A DNA stretch of 29,162 nt from a virus (Duplodnaviria > Heunggongvirae > Uroviricota > Caudoviricetes), in the IMG/VR virus record IMGVR_UViG_2563366805_000006, positions 1 to 29,162 of that record. One strand, given 5' to 3'. The position numbers were made by a program, and so were the translations under genes. A model generated the notes under the pieces. The model was not told the origin of the DNA. It saw only the letters and a list, made by a program, of their open reading frames with translations, and made no database searches. Each line of letters starts with the position of its first letter. Within the stretch, counting starts at the first letter, position 1. Shown piece after piece: positions 1 through 7,752 of the stretch.

Positions 1-237
1 ATGGAACTGTTCGTCATTTCTTCAAAACTCCCTTTGCGTAAACGCATTAAACTGGTCATCCCGCTTTTTAAAGGTGTTATGACCATCCTCTGTGGTTACA
101 ACTGGTCGCTTAAGTTCAGGCCTGTCGGGAAAGCGCAGGCCGACGGATTAAGCTTTGACGTCTATCAGGACGACGTTACATCGCAAGATGCGCTTATCGT
201 CCTGGTCGATAGCAAACGAACTATGCTGCCTGATTAA
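1..237 (+). CDS. 3' end of an unidentified flanking ORF (open to window start), stop abuts the int stop codon
   Basis: Open frame from window start to TAA at 235-237, immediately followed by the convergent int stop at 238-240. No recognisable motif. It is antisense to a possible continuation of the right-flank gene across a candidate att core, so it could be a real host gene end or a chance ORF. Confidence 0.25.
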   Translation: MELFVISSKLPLRKRIKLVIPLFKGVMTILCGYNWSLKFRPVGKAQADGLSFDVYQDDVTSQDALIVLVDSKRTMLPD

Positions 238-240
238 TTA

Positions 241-1221
241 TCAAACCGTTAAACCTCCCTTTAATGGGTTTAACGCTACTGCGTTTTGCAGGTAATCAGG
301 CGCAAGGTGCGCATAGGCCATCGTCTGCTGAATGCTCGCGTGCCCGAGAATCTGCTGCAGCGCAATAATATTGCCCCCGTTCATCATGAAATGGCTTGCG
401 AAGGTATGGCGCAGGATGTGTGTTGCCTGATTGGGTGGAATATCAGGTTTCACTCTGCGTAAAATCCCGCAAAACTTCTCATAGTCAACCTTGAACAATT
501 TAGCGCTGGCCTCCTCTTTAACTTTCTTCTCCAGTTCCTCGGAAATCGGCACAGTTCGCTTTTTGCCGTTTTTTGTTTTCAAAAAGGTAACCCTGCAGCT
601 TGTTATCTGCGCTGGTTTCAGCGTGGCAACTTCCGTCCATCTTCCGCCAGTGCTCAGGCACAAAAGCGCGACCAGCAAGTCATCACCAACCAAAACGCTT
701 AACAGCTTCTCAATTTCTGACTTATCCAGAAATGTCATTTCCGGGTTGGCCTCCGCCAGCGGCGGCAGTCCATGAATCGGATGTTGCCCGGAATACTCAT
801 CCAACTGGATTAGCTTGGTGAACATGCCCGATAAACGGTACATGTCACGATTTATCGTCGCTGCGCTGATGCCATCGCGTAGACGAACAGAGCGGTAATC
901 CATAAGACTTTTTTTATTCAATCTGCTGACCGGCATATCACCCAATCCGCTGATGGTTTTGCGCAAATGCCCTCGCTCTTTTTCTCCGTGTTCGTGATTC
1001 TGGCCGTGATACTTCCACCATGCCTCTAATAGTTCTGACAGGGTGCGGCGGTCTGTTCGCTGGCCTGCCCATTCTTTCTGGCTGGCGTTGGCGATTGTGT
1101 ACCGCTCAAATGCTACAGCCTCAGCTTTTCTTTCAAACTTCCTGCGGATGCGTTTTCCGTCGCGGCCGCGAGGTCTAATGTCCACTTCATAGCGACCATC
1201 ATCGAGCTTCTTAATTGGCAT
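241..1221 (-). CDS. int: Phage integrase, tyrosine recombinase (P2 Int family)
   Basis: 326 aa from MPIKKLDD, with a GGAGGG RBS 8 nt upstream; the longer track ORF start at 1251 has none. C-terminal catalytic signature HILRHTFASH ... GHASIQQTMAYAHL (HxxR and catalytic Tyr). First gene at the prophage end. Confidence 0.93.
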   Translation of the reverse strand: MPIKKLDDGRYEVDIRPRGRDGKRIRRKFERKAEAVAFERYTIANASQKEWAGQRTDRRTLSELLEAWWKYHGQNHEHGEKERGHLRKTISGLGDMPVSRLNKKSLMDYRSVRLRDGISAATINRDMYRLSGMFTKLIQLDEYSGQHPIHGLPPLAEANPEMTFLDKSEIEKLLSVLVGDDLLVALLCLSTGGRWTEVATLKPAQITSCRVTFLKTKNGKKRTVPISEELEKKVKEEASAKLFKVDYEKFCGILRRVKPDIPPNQATHILRHTFASHFMMNGGNIIALQQILGHASIQQTMAYAHLAPDYLQNAVALNPLKGGLTV

Positions 1222-1290
1222 AAGAAAGCCCTCCGGCGCTGTACTCACCATCTTGGTAACAAATGGTGAAAATGTAATGTTTGTAGAGTG

Positions 1291-1584
1291 TTAACCAGTC
1301 TGTTTCTCGGAGTGGTCTGATTCTGTTGATTCTTGCCCAATGTGTGCGAAAGCCGGTGCTATCTGACCAGCTTGCGGGGCTGTCTCATCGGTCATTATCC
1401 AGAGCGTATATTTTTTGAATAACGGCGTATTCACTATCTGCGTAACGATTTGGATCCCCGGTTCTCGATGTTCACCTTCATAGTTTTTTAGAGTGCTTAT
1501 TGCCAACCCTGTTAGCTCGCAAAACTTTGCTTGAGTAAGCCCTTCCGCCTTTCTAATTGCGCGGAGCTTCTGAGACATTTTCAT
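1291..1584 (-). CDS. C: Immunity repressor C (HTH, XRE-like)
   Basis: 97 aa. N-terminal HTH LTQAKFCELTGLAISTLKNYE and C-terminal GQIAPAFAHIGQ resemble P2 C repressor. Divergent from cox, as in P2. Confidence 0.85.
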   Translation of the reverse strand: MKMSQKLRAIRKAEGLTQAKFCELTGLAISTLKNYEGEHREPGIQIVTQIVNTPLFKKYTLWIMTDETAPQAGQIAPAFAHIGQESTESDHSEKQTG

Positions 1585-1737
1585 TTGACATGATTCCCAA
1601 TTGCAGACTATATTCCCTCAAAAGGTGTGCAGATGAGAACCTTTTAAGGCGCGTAAACCAGTCCCCAAAAGGACAGGGGCGACTTAGAAGGGACTGGATC
1701 TAACAAGGGTAACACGAAAGCAAAAAGGGGCTAACCA
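1585..1737. promoter_or_regulatory. C/cox lysis-lysogeny switch region (candidate Pe and Pc promoters and operators)
   Basis: Candidate rightward promoter TTGACA (1585-1590), 18-nt spacer, TATATT (1609-1614). An 8-bp inverted repeat CCAGTCCC ... GGGACTGG lies at about 1656-1698. Position corresponds to the P2 Pe/Pc switch. Confidence 0.45.
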
Positions 1738-2010
1738 ATGGAAGCCAATGATTATGTGATTCAGTACCCGCTTGACGCGGTGCATACGGTGAAGTTTGCC
1801 GAGTTGCTTGGTAAGCCAGAATCGGCAGTTACCAAGATGGTCAAAGAGAATAAATTGCCAGTTATCGAGCTTCGGGATCCAAGTAAGCCGAATGCTCGCG
1901 CCGGTGAAAAGTGGGTTTTCATCCCGGAATTTAATCGCGCAGTTCGTGAGGCGTTCTACAACCGACCGGTAGAACAGCGTGACGCGTGGCTGCTTTGGAT
2001 GGGGCTTTGA
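1738..2010 (+). CDS. cox: Cox (excisionase and repressor of Pc)
   Basis: 90 aa. Similar to P2 Cox (motifs KLPVIELRDPSKPNARAGEKWVFIP and C-terminal RDAWLLWMGL). First gene of the early operon. Confidence 0.85.
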   Translation: MEANDYVIQYPLDAVHTVKFAELLGKPESAVTKMVKENKLPVIELRDPSKPNARAGEKWVFIPEFNRAVREAFYNRPVEQRDAWLLWMGL

Positions 2011-2012
2011 TT

Positions 2013-2189
2013 ATGAATGAGCCTCGTTGCATTGCTCAGTTATTGCGTAACGAGAGTCCGAGGGCGATGGATTTCACTATTACCCACGGCAGAGGGCGCA
2101 AGGGCATCATCATCCGCACCAAAAAACAGAGCGTTATTAGCGCCGTTTTTGCTTTTCTGAAATCCCGGAGGTTCTGGAAATGCCTGTGA
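2013..2189 (+). CDS. Small hypothetical early protein (P2 orf78 position)
   Basis: 58 aa from the ATG 3 nt after the cox stop (the track ORF starts earlier at 1986). Basic composition, no motif recognised; start uncertain. Confidence 0.35.
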   Translation: MNEPRCIAQLLRNESPRAMDFTITHGRGRKGIIIRTKKQSVISAVFAFLKSRRFWKCL

Positions 2190-2680
2190 TGACACTTGGT
2201 ATCGTGGAGAAACAGCCTGCAGCTCTGCGCGGTCTGATTGGTAAATATCTGGCCGCGCCTCGCTGGCAGGATAGTTGCGATTTTTACAATCAGATGATGG
2301 AACGTGAGCGCCTGACCGTTTGTTTTCATGCTCAGTTAAAGCAGCGTCACGCGACGATGCGTTTTGAAGAAATGAACGATGTAGACCGTGAGCGATTAGT
2401 TTGCGCTATTGATGAGTTGCGTGCTGCATTTTGCAGACGTCGACAGGTTGGCGCGAGCGAGTATGCGTATATTAGTTTTTTGACGGTCAGCCAGCGCCGC
2501 ACTTTGTTTATGCATGCCGGATTAACTGAAAAAGAATTTAATCAGCCTTACTGGCGTATTAATGAAGATTCCTGTTATTGGCGTGATGCTTTATTTCGTG
2601 CCTTGCGGGAGCTTTTTAATTTATTTGAGTATGCACCAACAATATTAACCTCGGTAAAGCCTGAGCAATATCTGCATTAA
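2180..2680 (+). CDS. B: Replication protein B (helicase loader)
   Basis: 166 aa, same length as P2 gpB, with collinear similarity from memory. Start overlaps the upstream ORF. Confidence 0.85.
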   Translation: MPVMTLGIVEKQPAALRGLIGKYLAAPRWQDSCDFYNQMMERERLTVCFHAQLKQRHATMRFEEMNDVDRERLVCAIDELRAAFCRRRQVGASEYAYISFLTVSQRRTLFMHAGLTEKEFNQPYWRINEDSCYWRDALFRALRELFNLFEYAPTILTSVKPEQYLH

Positions 2681-2743
2681 ATAAACAACCGCAGTTTTTT
2701 ACGCACTTAATTGTGCGGGGCTTCTTTTTGTCTGGAGAAAGTC

Positions 2744-2968
2744 ATGCATACAGTAACAGGAAAGCAGCGCAGTAACTTCTCATTAATGCTGCAACAGGCG
2801 CGAGCCGAAGCGCAGGCAGATGCGGCGACGCGCTTTTCCTCTCATCTGGATAGTTTAATCCGTCATATAGCTGGCGCTGAGTTATCGCGTGTGGAGATAG
2901 TCGAGTTACTCAGTCAGGAATCCATCAAGTTTCATAATATCGGCCTTTCTCGTGGGGAGTCTATTTAA
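2744..2968 (+). CDS. Hypothetical early protein (P2 orf80 position)
   Basis: 74 aa from MHTVTG, with GGAGAAA RBS upstream. Its stop overlaps the next start (TAATG). Lies in a low-GC block. Confidence 0.5.
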   Translation: MHTVTGKQRSNFSLMLQQARAEAQADAATRFSSHLDSLIRHIAGAELSRVEIVELLSQESIKFHNIGLSRGESI

Positions 2969-3264
2969 TGTCTCTGATGCAATCCGTATTACTTAATAAC
3001 TGGCTAAAGATTGCGGTTATGAAAAACGGTGAATTATCGCTTGCTGACATTAAGCGCGATAAAGAAACCGGAGCGATGACGGAATCAACAATCGCTATTT
3101 ATTCGAGTGAATTAAACCTCCTGACGGATGTGGTCAATTTGCTTGTGAAACGCGCCGTTTTTCATAAGCAAATCACCACCGTAGATGAATTATCAAAATT
3201 AACTATCGAGCTAACCGGTTACTGCGCCGGTGAGTTTAAAAAACTGAACAGAGAGAGGAGCTAA
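2968..3264 (+). CDS. Hypothetical early protein (P2 orf81 position)
   Basis: 98 aa, AT-rich codon usage, translationally coupled to the upstream ORF. Confidence 0.5.
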   Translation: MSLMQSVLLNNWLKIAVMKNGELSLADIKRDKETGAMTESTIAIYSSELNLLTDVVNLLVKRAVFHKQITTVDELSKLTIELTGYCAGEFKKLNRERS

Positions 3265-3268
3265 ATCA

Positions 3269-3493
3269 ATGCCGGATTATATGGATCACATTCAGGAGCG
3301 ACAGACGGAATCACTGACTCGCCAGATTAACGCCGCTCGGGTGAAACCGTGCGGCGCTGCTGCATTGGTTTGCGAAGAATGTGACGCACCAATCCCTGCC
3401 GACCGCCGTGCGGCATATCCGTCGGCGACACGCTGTGTCTACTGTCAGTCAGCGCTTGAGTCAAAAGCTAAACACTTTCGGGGGCAGGCATGA
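3269..3493 (+). CDS. TraR/DksA-family C4 zinc-finger protein (P2 orf82 position)
   Basis: 74 aa with CxxC-(17)-CxxC: CEECDAPIPADRRAAYPSATRCVYCQ. GAGAGGAG RBS upstream. Confidence 0.65.
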   Translation: MPDYMDHIQERQTESLTRQINAARVKPCGAAALVCEECDAPIPADRRAAYPSATRCVYCQSALESKAKHFRGQA

Positions 3494-3765
3494 GCATTCG
3501 TATCGAGATTGGTGAGCGCTATGTCGTCACAAGTGACCGTTTTCAGTTCATTTTGCAGGAGAAAAAGACCGCCGAAACAGGGAAGAATGCCGGTAAAGAG
3601 TGGCTGGATGTTGTCGGCTATTACCCCAAATTAAACCAGCTCGTTTCCGGTCTGATTCATCACGATATTTTGAGCGGCAGCGCTGTCTCTTTTGAAGCGT
3701 TGAGCACTCAGGTTGAACTGCTAGGTAAGCAGTGTTTACGGGCTTTTGACACAAATGGCCGTTGA
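3490..3765 (+). CDS. Hypothetical early protein (P2 orf83 position)
   Basis: 91 aa, ATGA overlap with the upstream ORF; its end overlaps the A start. Confidence 0.5.
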   Translation: MSIRIEIGERYVVTSDRFQFILQEKKTAETGKNAGKEWLDVVGYYPKLNQLVSGLIHHDILSGSAVSFEALSTQVELLGKQCLRAFDTNGR

Positions 3766-6046
3766 TATTCGGGGGCGTTCTGCCCCTACACCGCCACCAC
3801 CATTTGCAAAAGGCACCGGCAAAGAGTTTGCCGGTGTTTACTCATGGAACGCGCCGCGTGAGGCTATTGGGCGCGAGAGACCCCTTACACGTGACGAGCT
3901 GCGTCAGGTGCAAGGCGTTTTATCCAAAATTGACCGCCTGCCTTACTTTTTAAGTTCTCTGTTTGCCTCGCGTTATGAATATATCAGGCGTAACAAAAGC
4001 CCTGTGCATGGGCTGTATTTCCTCAAGTCGACATTTCTGCGCCGGTTGTGGCCGCGCATTGAGCGGGTTAATCAGCGTAACGAAATGAATAGGGAGGCGT
4101 CGCTGCTGTTTCTTGCTGAAAGTGAGAATTACGCGCGCCTGCCGGGGATGAACGATAAAGAGCTGAAAAAATTTGCGTCTCGTATCGCCTCGCAGCTTTT
4201 CATCATGTACGAGGAGTTAAGCGACGCATGGGCTGAGGCGCACGGTGGCAAAGAGTCGCTTTTTACTGATGAGGCTCAGGCTCACCTGTACGGTCATGTT
4301 GCTGGCGCAGCTCGGGCTTTTAATGTTGCCCCGCTTTTCTGGAAGAAATACCGCAAAGGCCAGATGACAATCCGACAGGCATTTTCCGCCGTAGCTCGCC
4401 TGATTAACGATGAATGGTGGACTAACCAGCTCAAGGCGCAGCGCATGCGCTGGCATGAAGCGCTGCTGATTGCTGCAGGCGAGGTGAATAAAGACCGCTC
4501 GCCGTATGCCAGTAAAAATGCCGTCCGTGATGTACATGCACGCCGTCTGGCAAATCTTGAATACCTGAAATCCTGCGAGCTGGAAAACAAAGTTACCGGC
4601 GAACGTATCGACCTTATCAGCAAAGTGATGGGAAGTATTTCCAATCCTGAAATTCGCCGCATGGAGCTGATGAACACCATCGCGGGGATTGAGCGTTATG
4701 CCGCTGCTGAGGGTGATGTCGGTATGTTTATCACGCTGACTGCACCGTCGAAGTATCACCCGACACGTCAGGTCGGAAAGGGTAAAGATAAGACTGTACA
4801 GCTCAATCATGGCTGGAATGGTGAGGCTTACACCCCGAAGGATGCACAGCGTTACCTTTGCCGTATCTGGAGCCTGATGCGTACCGCTTTCAAAGATAAT
4901 GATTTGCAGGTCTACGGTATGCGTGTTGTCGAACCGCACCACGACGGGACGCCGCACTGGCACATGATGTTGTTTTGCAAGCGCCAGCAGCGCAAAGAAA
5001 TCACCGAAATTATGAGTCGTTATGCTCTCAAAGAGGATGGCGACGAGCGCGGTGCAGCTCGCAACCGCTTTCAGGCTAAACACCTGAACAAAGGCGGTGC
5101 GGCCGGGTACATCGCGAAATACATCGCCAAAAATATCGACGGTTACGCACTTGATGGCGAGCTCGATAAAGATACCGGCAAGCCGCTCAAAGATACCGCC
5201 GCCGCTGTTACTGCATGGGCGTCAACGTGGCGAATACCTCAGTTTAAGCCGATTGGCCTGCCGACGATGGGGGCTTACCGTGAGCTGCGCAAGCTGCCTA
5301 GCGGGGTAAGTATTGCTGATGAGTTTGACGAGCGTGTCGAAGCAACACGCGCCGCGGCTGATGGCGGTGATTTCGACCTGTATATCACCGCTCAGGGCGG
5401 CGCAAATGTCCCGCGCGACGGCCAGACCGTCAGGGTCGCCCGTAGCGTCAGTGATGAGGTTAATGACTACGAGGAAGATATCGAGAGGGTGGTCGGTATT
5501 TACGCGCCTCACCTCGGCGCGCGTCACGTTCACATTACCCGGTCATCAGAATGGCGCATCGTTCCAAAGGTTTTGGCCGTTGAGCCTTTGACCTTAAAAA
5601 GCGGCATCGCCGCGCCTCGGAGTCCTGTCAATAACTGTGGAAAGCTCACCGGCGGTGACGTTCCGGTTATGACCACTACACCGTCTGAGCATGCCGCAGC
5701 GGTGTTAAATCTTGTTGATGACGGGGCTATCGCATGGGATGACCCCGAAGTCGTGACGGCGCTCAAGGGCGCACTAAAACACGACGCGCGGCAGCAAAAT
5801 CGCCAGCAAAGAAGCGGAGAGCCATTAAAACCGCATGACGTTGCCCCATCAGGCAGGCTGACTAAATCCGAACGCGCGCAAATACCGCGTATCCGCTTTG
5901 ACCTTGCGCAGCATGGCATCACCCCGAAGCGCTGGGAGCTTGAGGCGCTGGCGCGTGGTGCGACCGTGACATACGACGGGAAGAGATTCACATATCCGGT
6001 CGCTGATGAGTGGCCGGGGTTTACTGGTATATCTGAATGGGGGTAA
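3755..6046 (+). CDS. A: Replication initiation protein A (HUH rolling-circle endonuclease)
   Basis: 763 aa from MAVDIRG (P2 gpA starts MAV...). HUH motif PHWHMMLF and paired active-site tyrosines YIAKYIAK visible. Near-collinear with P2 gpA. Confidence 0.95.
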   Translation: MAVDIRGRSAPTPPPPFAKGTGKEFAGVYSWNAPREAIGRERPLTRDELRQVQGVLSKIDRLPYFLSSLFASRYEYIRRNKSPVHGLYFLKSTFLRRLWPRIERVNQRNEMNREASLLFLAESENYARLPGMNDKELKKFASRIASQLFIMYEELSDAWAEAHGGKESLFTDEAQAHLYGHVAGAARAFNVAPLFWKKYRKGQMTIRQAFSAVARLINDEWWTNQLKAQRMRWHEALLIAAGEVNKDRSPYASKNAVRDVHARRLANLEYLKSCELENKVTGERIDLISKVMGSISNPEIRRMELMNTIAGIERYAAAEGDVGMFITLTAPSKYHPTRQVGKGKDKTVQLNHGWNGEAYTPKDAQRYLCRIWSLMRTAFKDNDLQVYGMRVVEPHHDGTPHWHMMLFCKRQQRKEITEIMSRYALKEDGDERGAARNRFQAKHLNKGGAAGYIAKYIAKNIDGYALDGELDKDTGKPLKDTAAAVTAWASTWRIPQFKPIGLPTMGAYRELRKLPSGVSIADEFDERVEATRAAADGGDFDLYITAQGGANVPRDGQTVRVARSVSDEVNDYEEDIERVVGIYAPHLGARHVHITRSSEWRIVPKVLAVEPLTLKSGIAAPRSPVNNCGKLTGGDVPVMTTTPSEHAAAVLNLVDDGAIAWDDPEVVTALKGALKHDARQQNRQQRSGEPLKPHDVAPSGRLTKSERAQIPRIRFDLAQHGITPKRWELEALARGATVTYDGKRFTYPVADEWPGFTGISEWG

Positions 6047-6048
6047 TT

Positions 6049-6237
6049 GTGAGAAAAATCTGTGTGATTGTTGGGTGGATTGCTGGGCTGTGGCTTTTCT
6101 TTCTGCTTCTTGGTTGGGCAGGTGAACAAGACCGCAAAGACTGTGAGGAGCGGATAGCAACAGAGCTGAAAACCACGGCTGTTTTTATAAACAATAAGTG
6201 CATGGTGAAGGGGTATGGTCGCTTTGACGGGAGGTGA
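6049..6237 (+). CDS. Small single-pass membrane protein (hypothetical), in the P2 accessory hotspot position
   Basis: About 62 aa from a GTG start (or ATG at 6037 overlapping the A stop). N-terminal hydrophobic helix ICVIVGWIAGLWLFFLLLGWAG followed by a charged tail EQDRKDCEER. No homolog recognised. Confidence 0.4.
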   Translation: MRKICVIVGWIAGLWLFFLLLGWAGEQDRKDCEERIATELKTTAVFINNKCMVKGYGRFDGR

Positions 6238-6345
6238 CCTATCTGACCCGAGCAAACGCCGCCGGTACTGAAACTTGCTTTCAGTGCTGGCGGGGTTGAA
6301 CAACGAGCCCCGCGAGGCGTTAGCCTGCCCCGTAGAGACCGCCCA

Positions 6346-6390
6346 CAACCGGCACTAATAAAGCCGGTTTTATTGTGCCTTTTTCTCGCG
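6346..6390 (+). terminator. Candidate rho-independent terminator after the early/replication operon
   Basis: Imperfect hairpin CACTAATAAA-GCCGG-TTTTATTGTG followed by CCTTTTTC. Confidence 0.4.
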
Positions 6391-6534
6391 ATTTCCCCGT
6401 TTTTTAGCCGTGCATGCAACAGGTGCATGGTTTTGCATGCGTCGTGGTTGCCAGTTCTGGCCGTGCGCCGTCAGTGCTGGCGCGGATCCAGAGTGGTCAT
6501 GCAACTGCATTAAAACCGACCCATAAAGCGGGCA

Positions 6535-6553
6535 GGCGTGGCGGGGAAAGCAT
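6535..6553. other. cos: cos site (19-nt cohesive-end sequence, 186-type)
   Basis: GGCGTGGCGGGGAAAGCAT matches the 186 cohesive end from memory (P2: GGCGAGGCGGGGAAAGCAC). Lies between A and Q, as in P2-family genomes. Confidence 0.6.
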
Positions 6554-6693
6554 TGCGCGCCAGCGGTGGTGCGTAATAATAAAAATTATCGTCTGAGCGC
6601 GTCGTGATGGCGCTGTCGTGGTTGCTGTCGGCTCGTTGGTGGTCTGGCGTGGTCGTGCGCGCGTGGCGCGTCTGAGGCGTGATGGTTTCGGGG

Positions 6694-6720
6694 TATGAAA
6701 AAGCCGCCATGCTGGCGGCT
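6694..6720 (-). terminator. Rho-independent terminator of the leftward P/Q packaging operon
   Basis: On the minus strand, hairpin AGCCGCCA-GCA-TGGCGGCT followed by TTTTTC, 10 nt downstream of the Q stop. Confidence 0.55.
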
Positions 6721-6729
6721 TGAGGGGGA

Positions 6730-7752
6730 TTATTCCGGGTTGTCGAGGGTGTACTCTTTGAACCTGATGACCTCCATGCCGAGCCAGTCGTTTACTTCCC
6801 TGAATCTGTCCTGTAGAGGCGACAGCTCGTTACGCACAAATACCTTTGCCACCTTCTCAACGTCACCAAGTGAGCCGATATTCTCGGGCTTACCACCCAT
6901 AAGCTGGAACGGCACGCGGTGCGCGTCCATCAGGTCGGCGGCGCTGGCTTTCTTAATGTTGAAAAAGTCATCCTTTGTGGCGACCTCGCTCAGGGGCACG
7001 ATTTTGATGCCGTCCGGTTTTCCGCCGGGAGCGTAGAAAAACAGGTTCTTAAAGTTGCCGAGCCCTTTCGAGTTTCGCATCGCCTCGCGCAGCGATTCGA
7101 CGTCGGTCGCGCTCTGCGCCGGGTCGGTCACATACATGATGTAACCCGCATGCGCGCCGTTCTGGTAATACTTGCGGCGGAACAGCGTCGCGGATTCATT
7201 CAGCCAGGCAGAATTAAGCGCGCTGAGATATTCGGGCAGGCCGTAAATCTCCTGATTAATATCGGGCTCCAGCAGGTGAAACACGGTATCAGGCGCGAAC
7301 TCATGCGGCAGCGTGAAGTTTTCCACAAACCAGAATATAGAATCGTCGACCCCGCGCCGGGTGTATTTGGCCGGTGAGGCCAGCAGCTTGATTAACTGGC
7401 CAGTGACGCTGTGGCGCTGCTCAAGAAAGGCGTTGCCGAATACCAGATAGTCGAGCGCAAAGCGGCTGAAATCCTGACGGGACAGCAACGGGTGCGGAAT
7501 GTAGGTGCTCGCGAGCACGTTGCGCTTAACGTAAATCGGTGAACTGTGATGTACAGCAGAGCGCAGGCTCTTTGCCAGCCCGGAGAAGCTGACCGGCGGC
7601 TCGTACCACTTGCCGTTACTGATGCACTCGACGTAATCCAGAATGTCGCGCTTATCGAGTACCGGCACCGGCTCGCCGAAGGTGAACGCCTCCATTTTTT
7701 GTGGGGCGCTGGCGGTCGTGGTGACTGTTTTGCGTGGCTTGCGCTTGCTCAT
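6730..7752 (-). CDS. Q: Portal protein Q
   Basis: 340 aa, collinear with P2 gpQ. Adjacent to cos and leftward, as in P2. Confidence 0.95.
   Translation of the reverse strand: MSKRKPRKTVTTTASAPQKMEAFTFGEPVPVLDKRDILDYVECISNGKWYEPPVSFSGLAKSLRSAVHHSSPIYVKRNVLASTYIPHPLLSRQDFSRFALDYLVFGNAFLEQRHSVTGQLIKLLASPAKYTRRGVDDSIFWFVENFTLPHEFAPDTVFHLLEPDINQEIYGLPEYLSALNSAWLNESATLFRRKYYQNGAHAGYIMYVTDPAQSATDVESLREAMRNSKGLGNFKNLFFYAPGGKPDGIKIVPLSEVATKDDFFNIKKASAADLMDAHRVPFQLMGGKPENIGSLGDVEKVAKVFVRNELSPLQDRFREVNDWLGMEVIRFKEYTLDNPE

Noticed and set aside
4217-5083. 288-aa minus-strand ORF (and nested 128-aa ORF) inside gene A
   Set aside because: Antisense to a well-supported, P2-collinear coding region in GC-rich DNA; no RBS or motif. 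Typical antisense artefact.
5530-6428. Minus-strand ORFs of 272 and 135 aa spanning the end of A and the cos-proximal region
   Set aside because: Antisense to A and running through intergenic hairpins; composition is Arg/Ser/Pro-rich as expected from GC-rich antisense frames.
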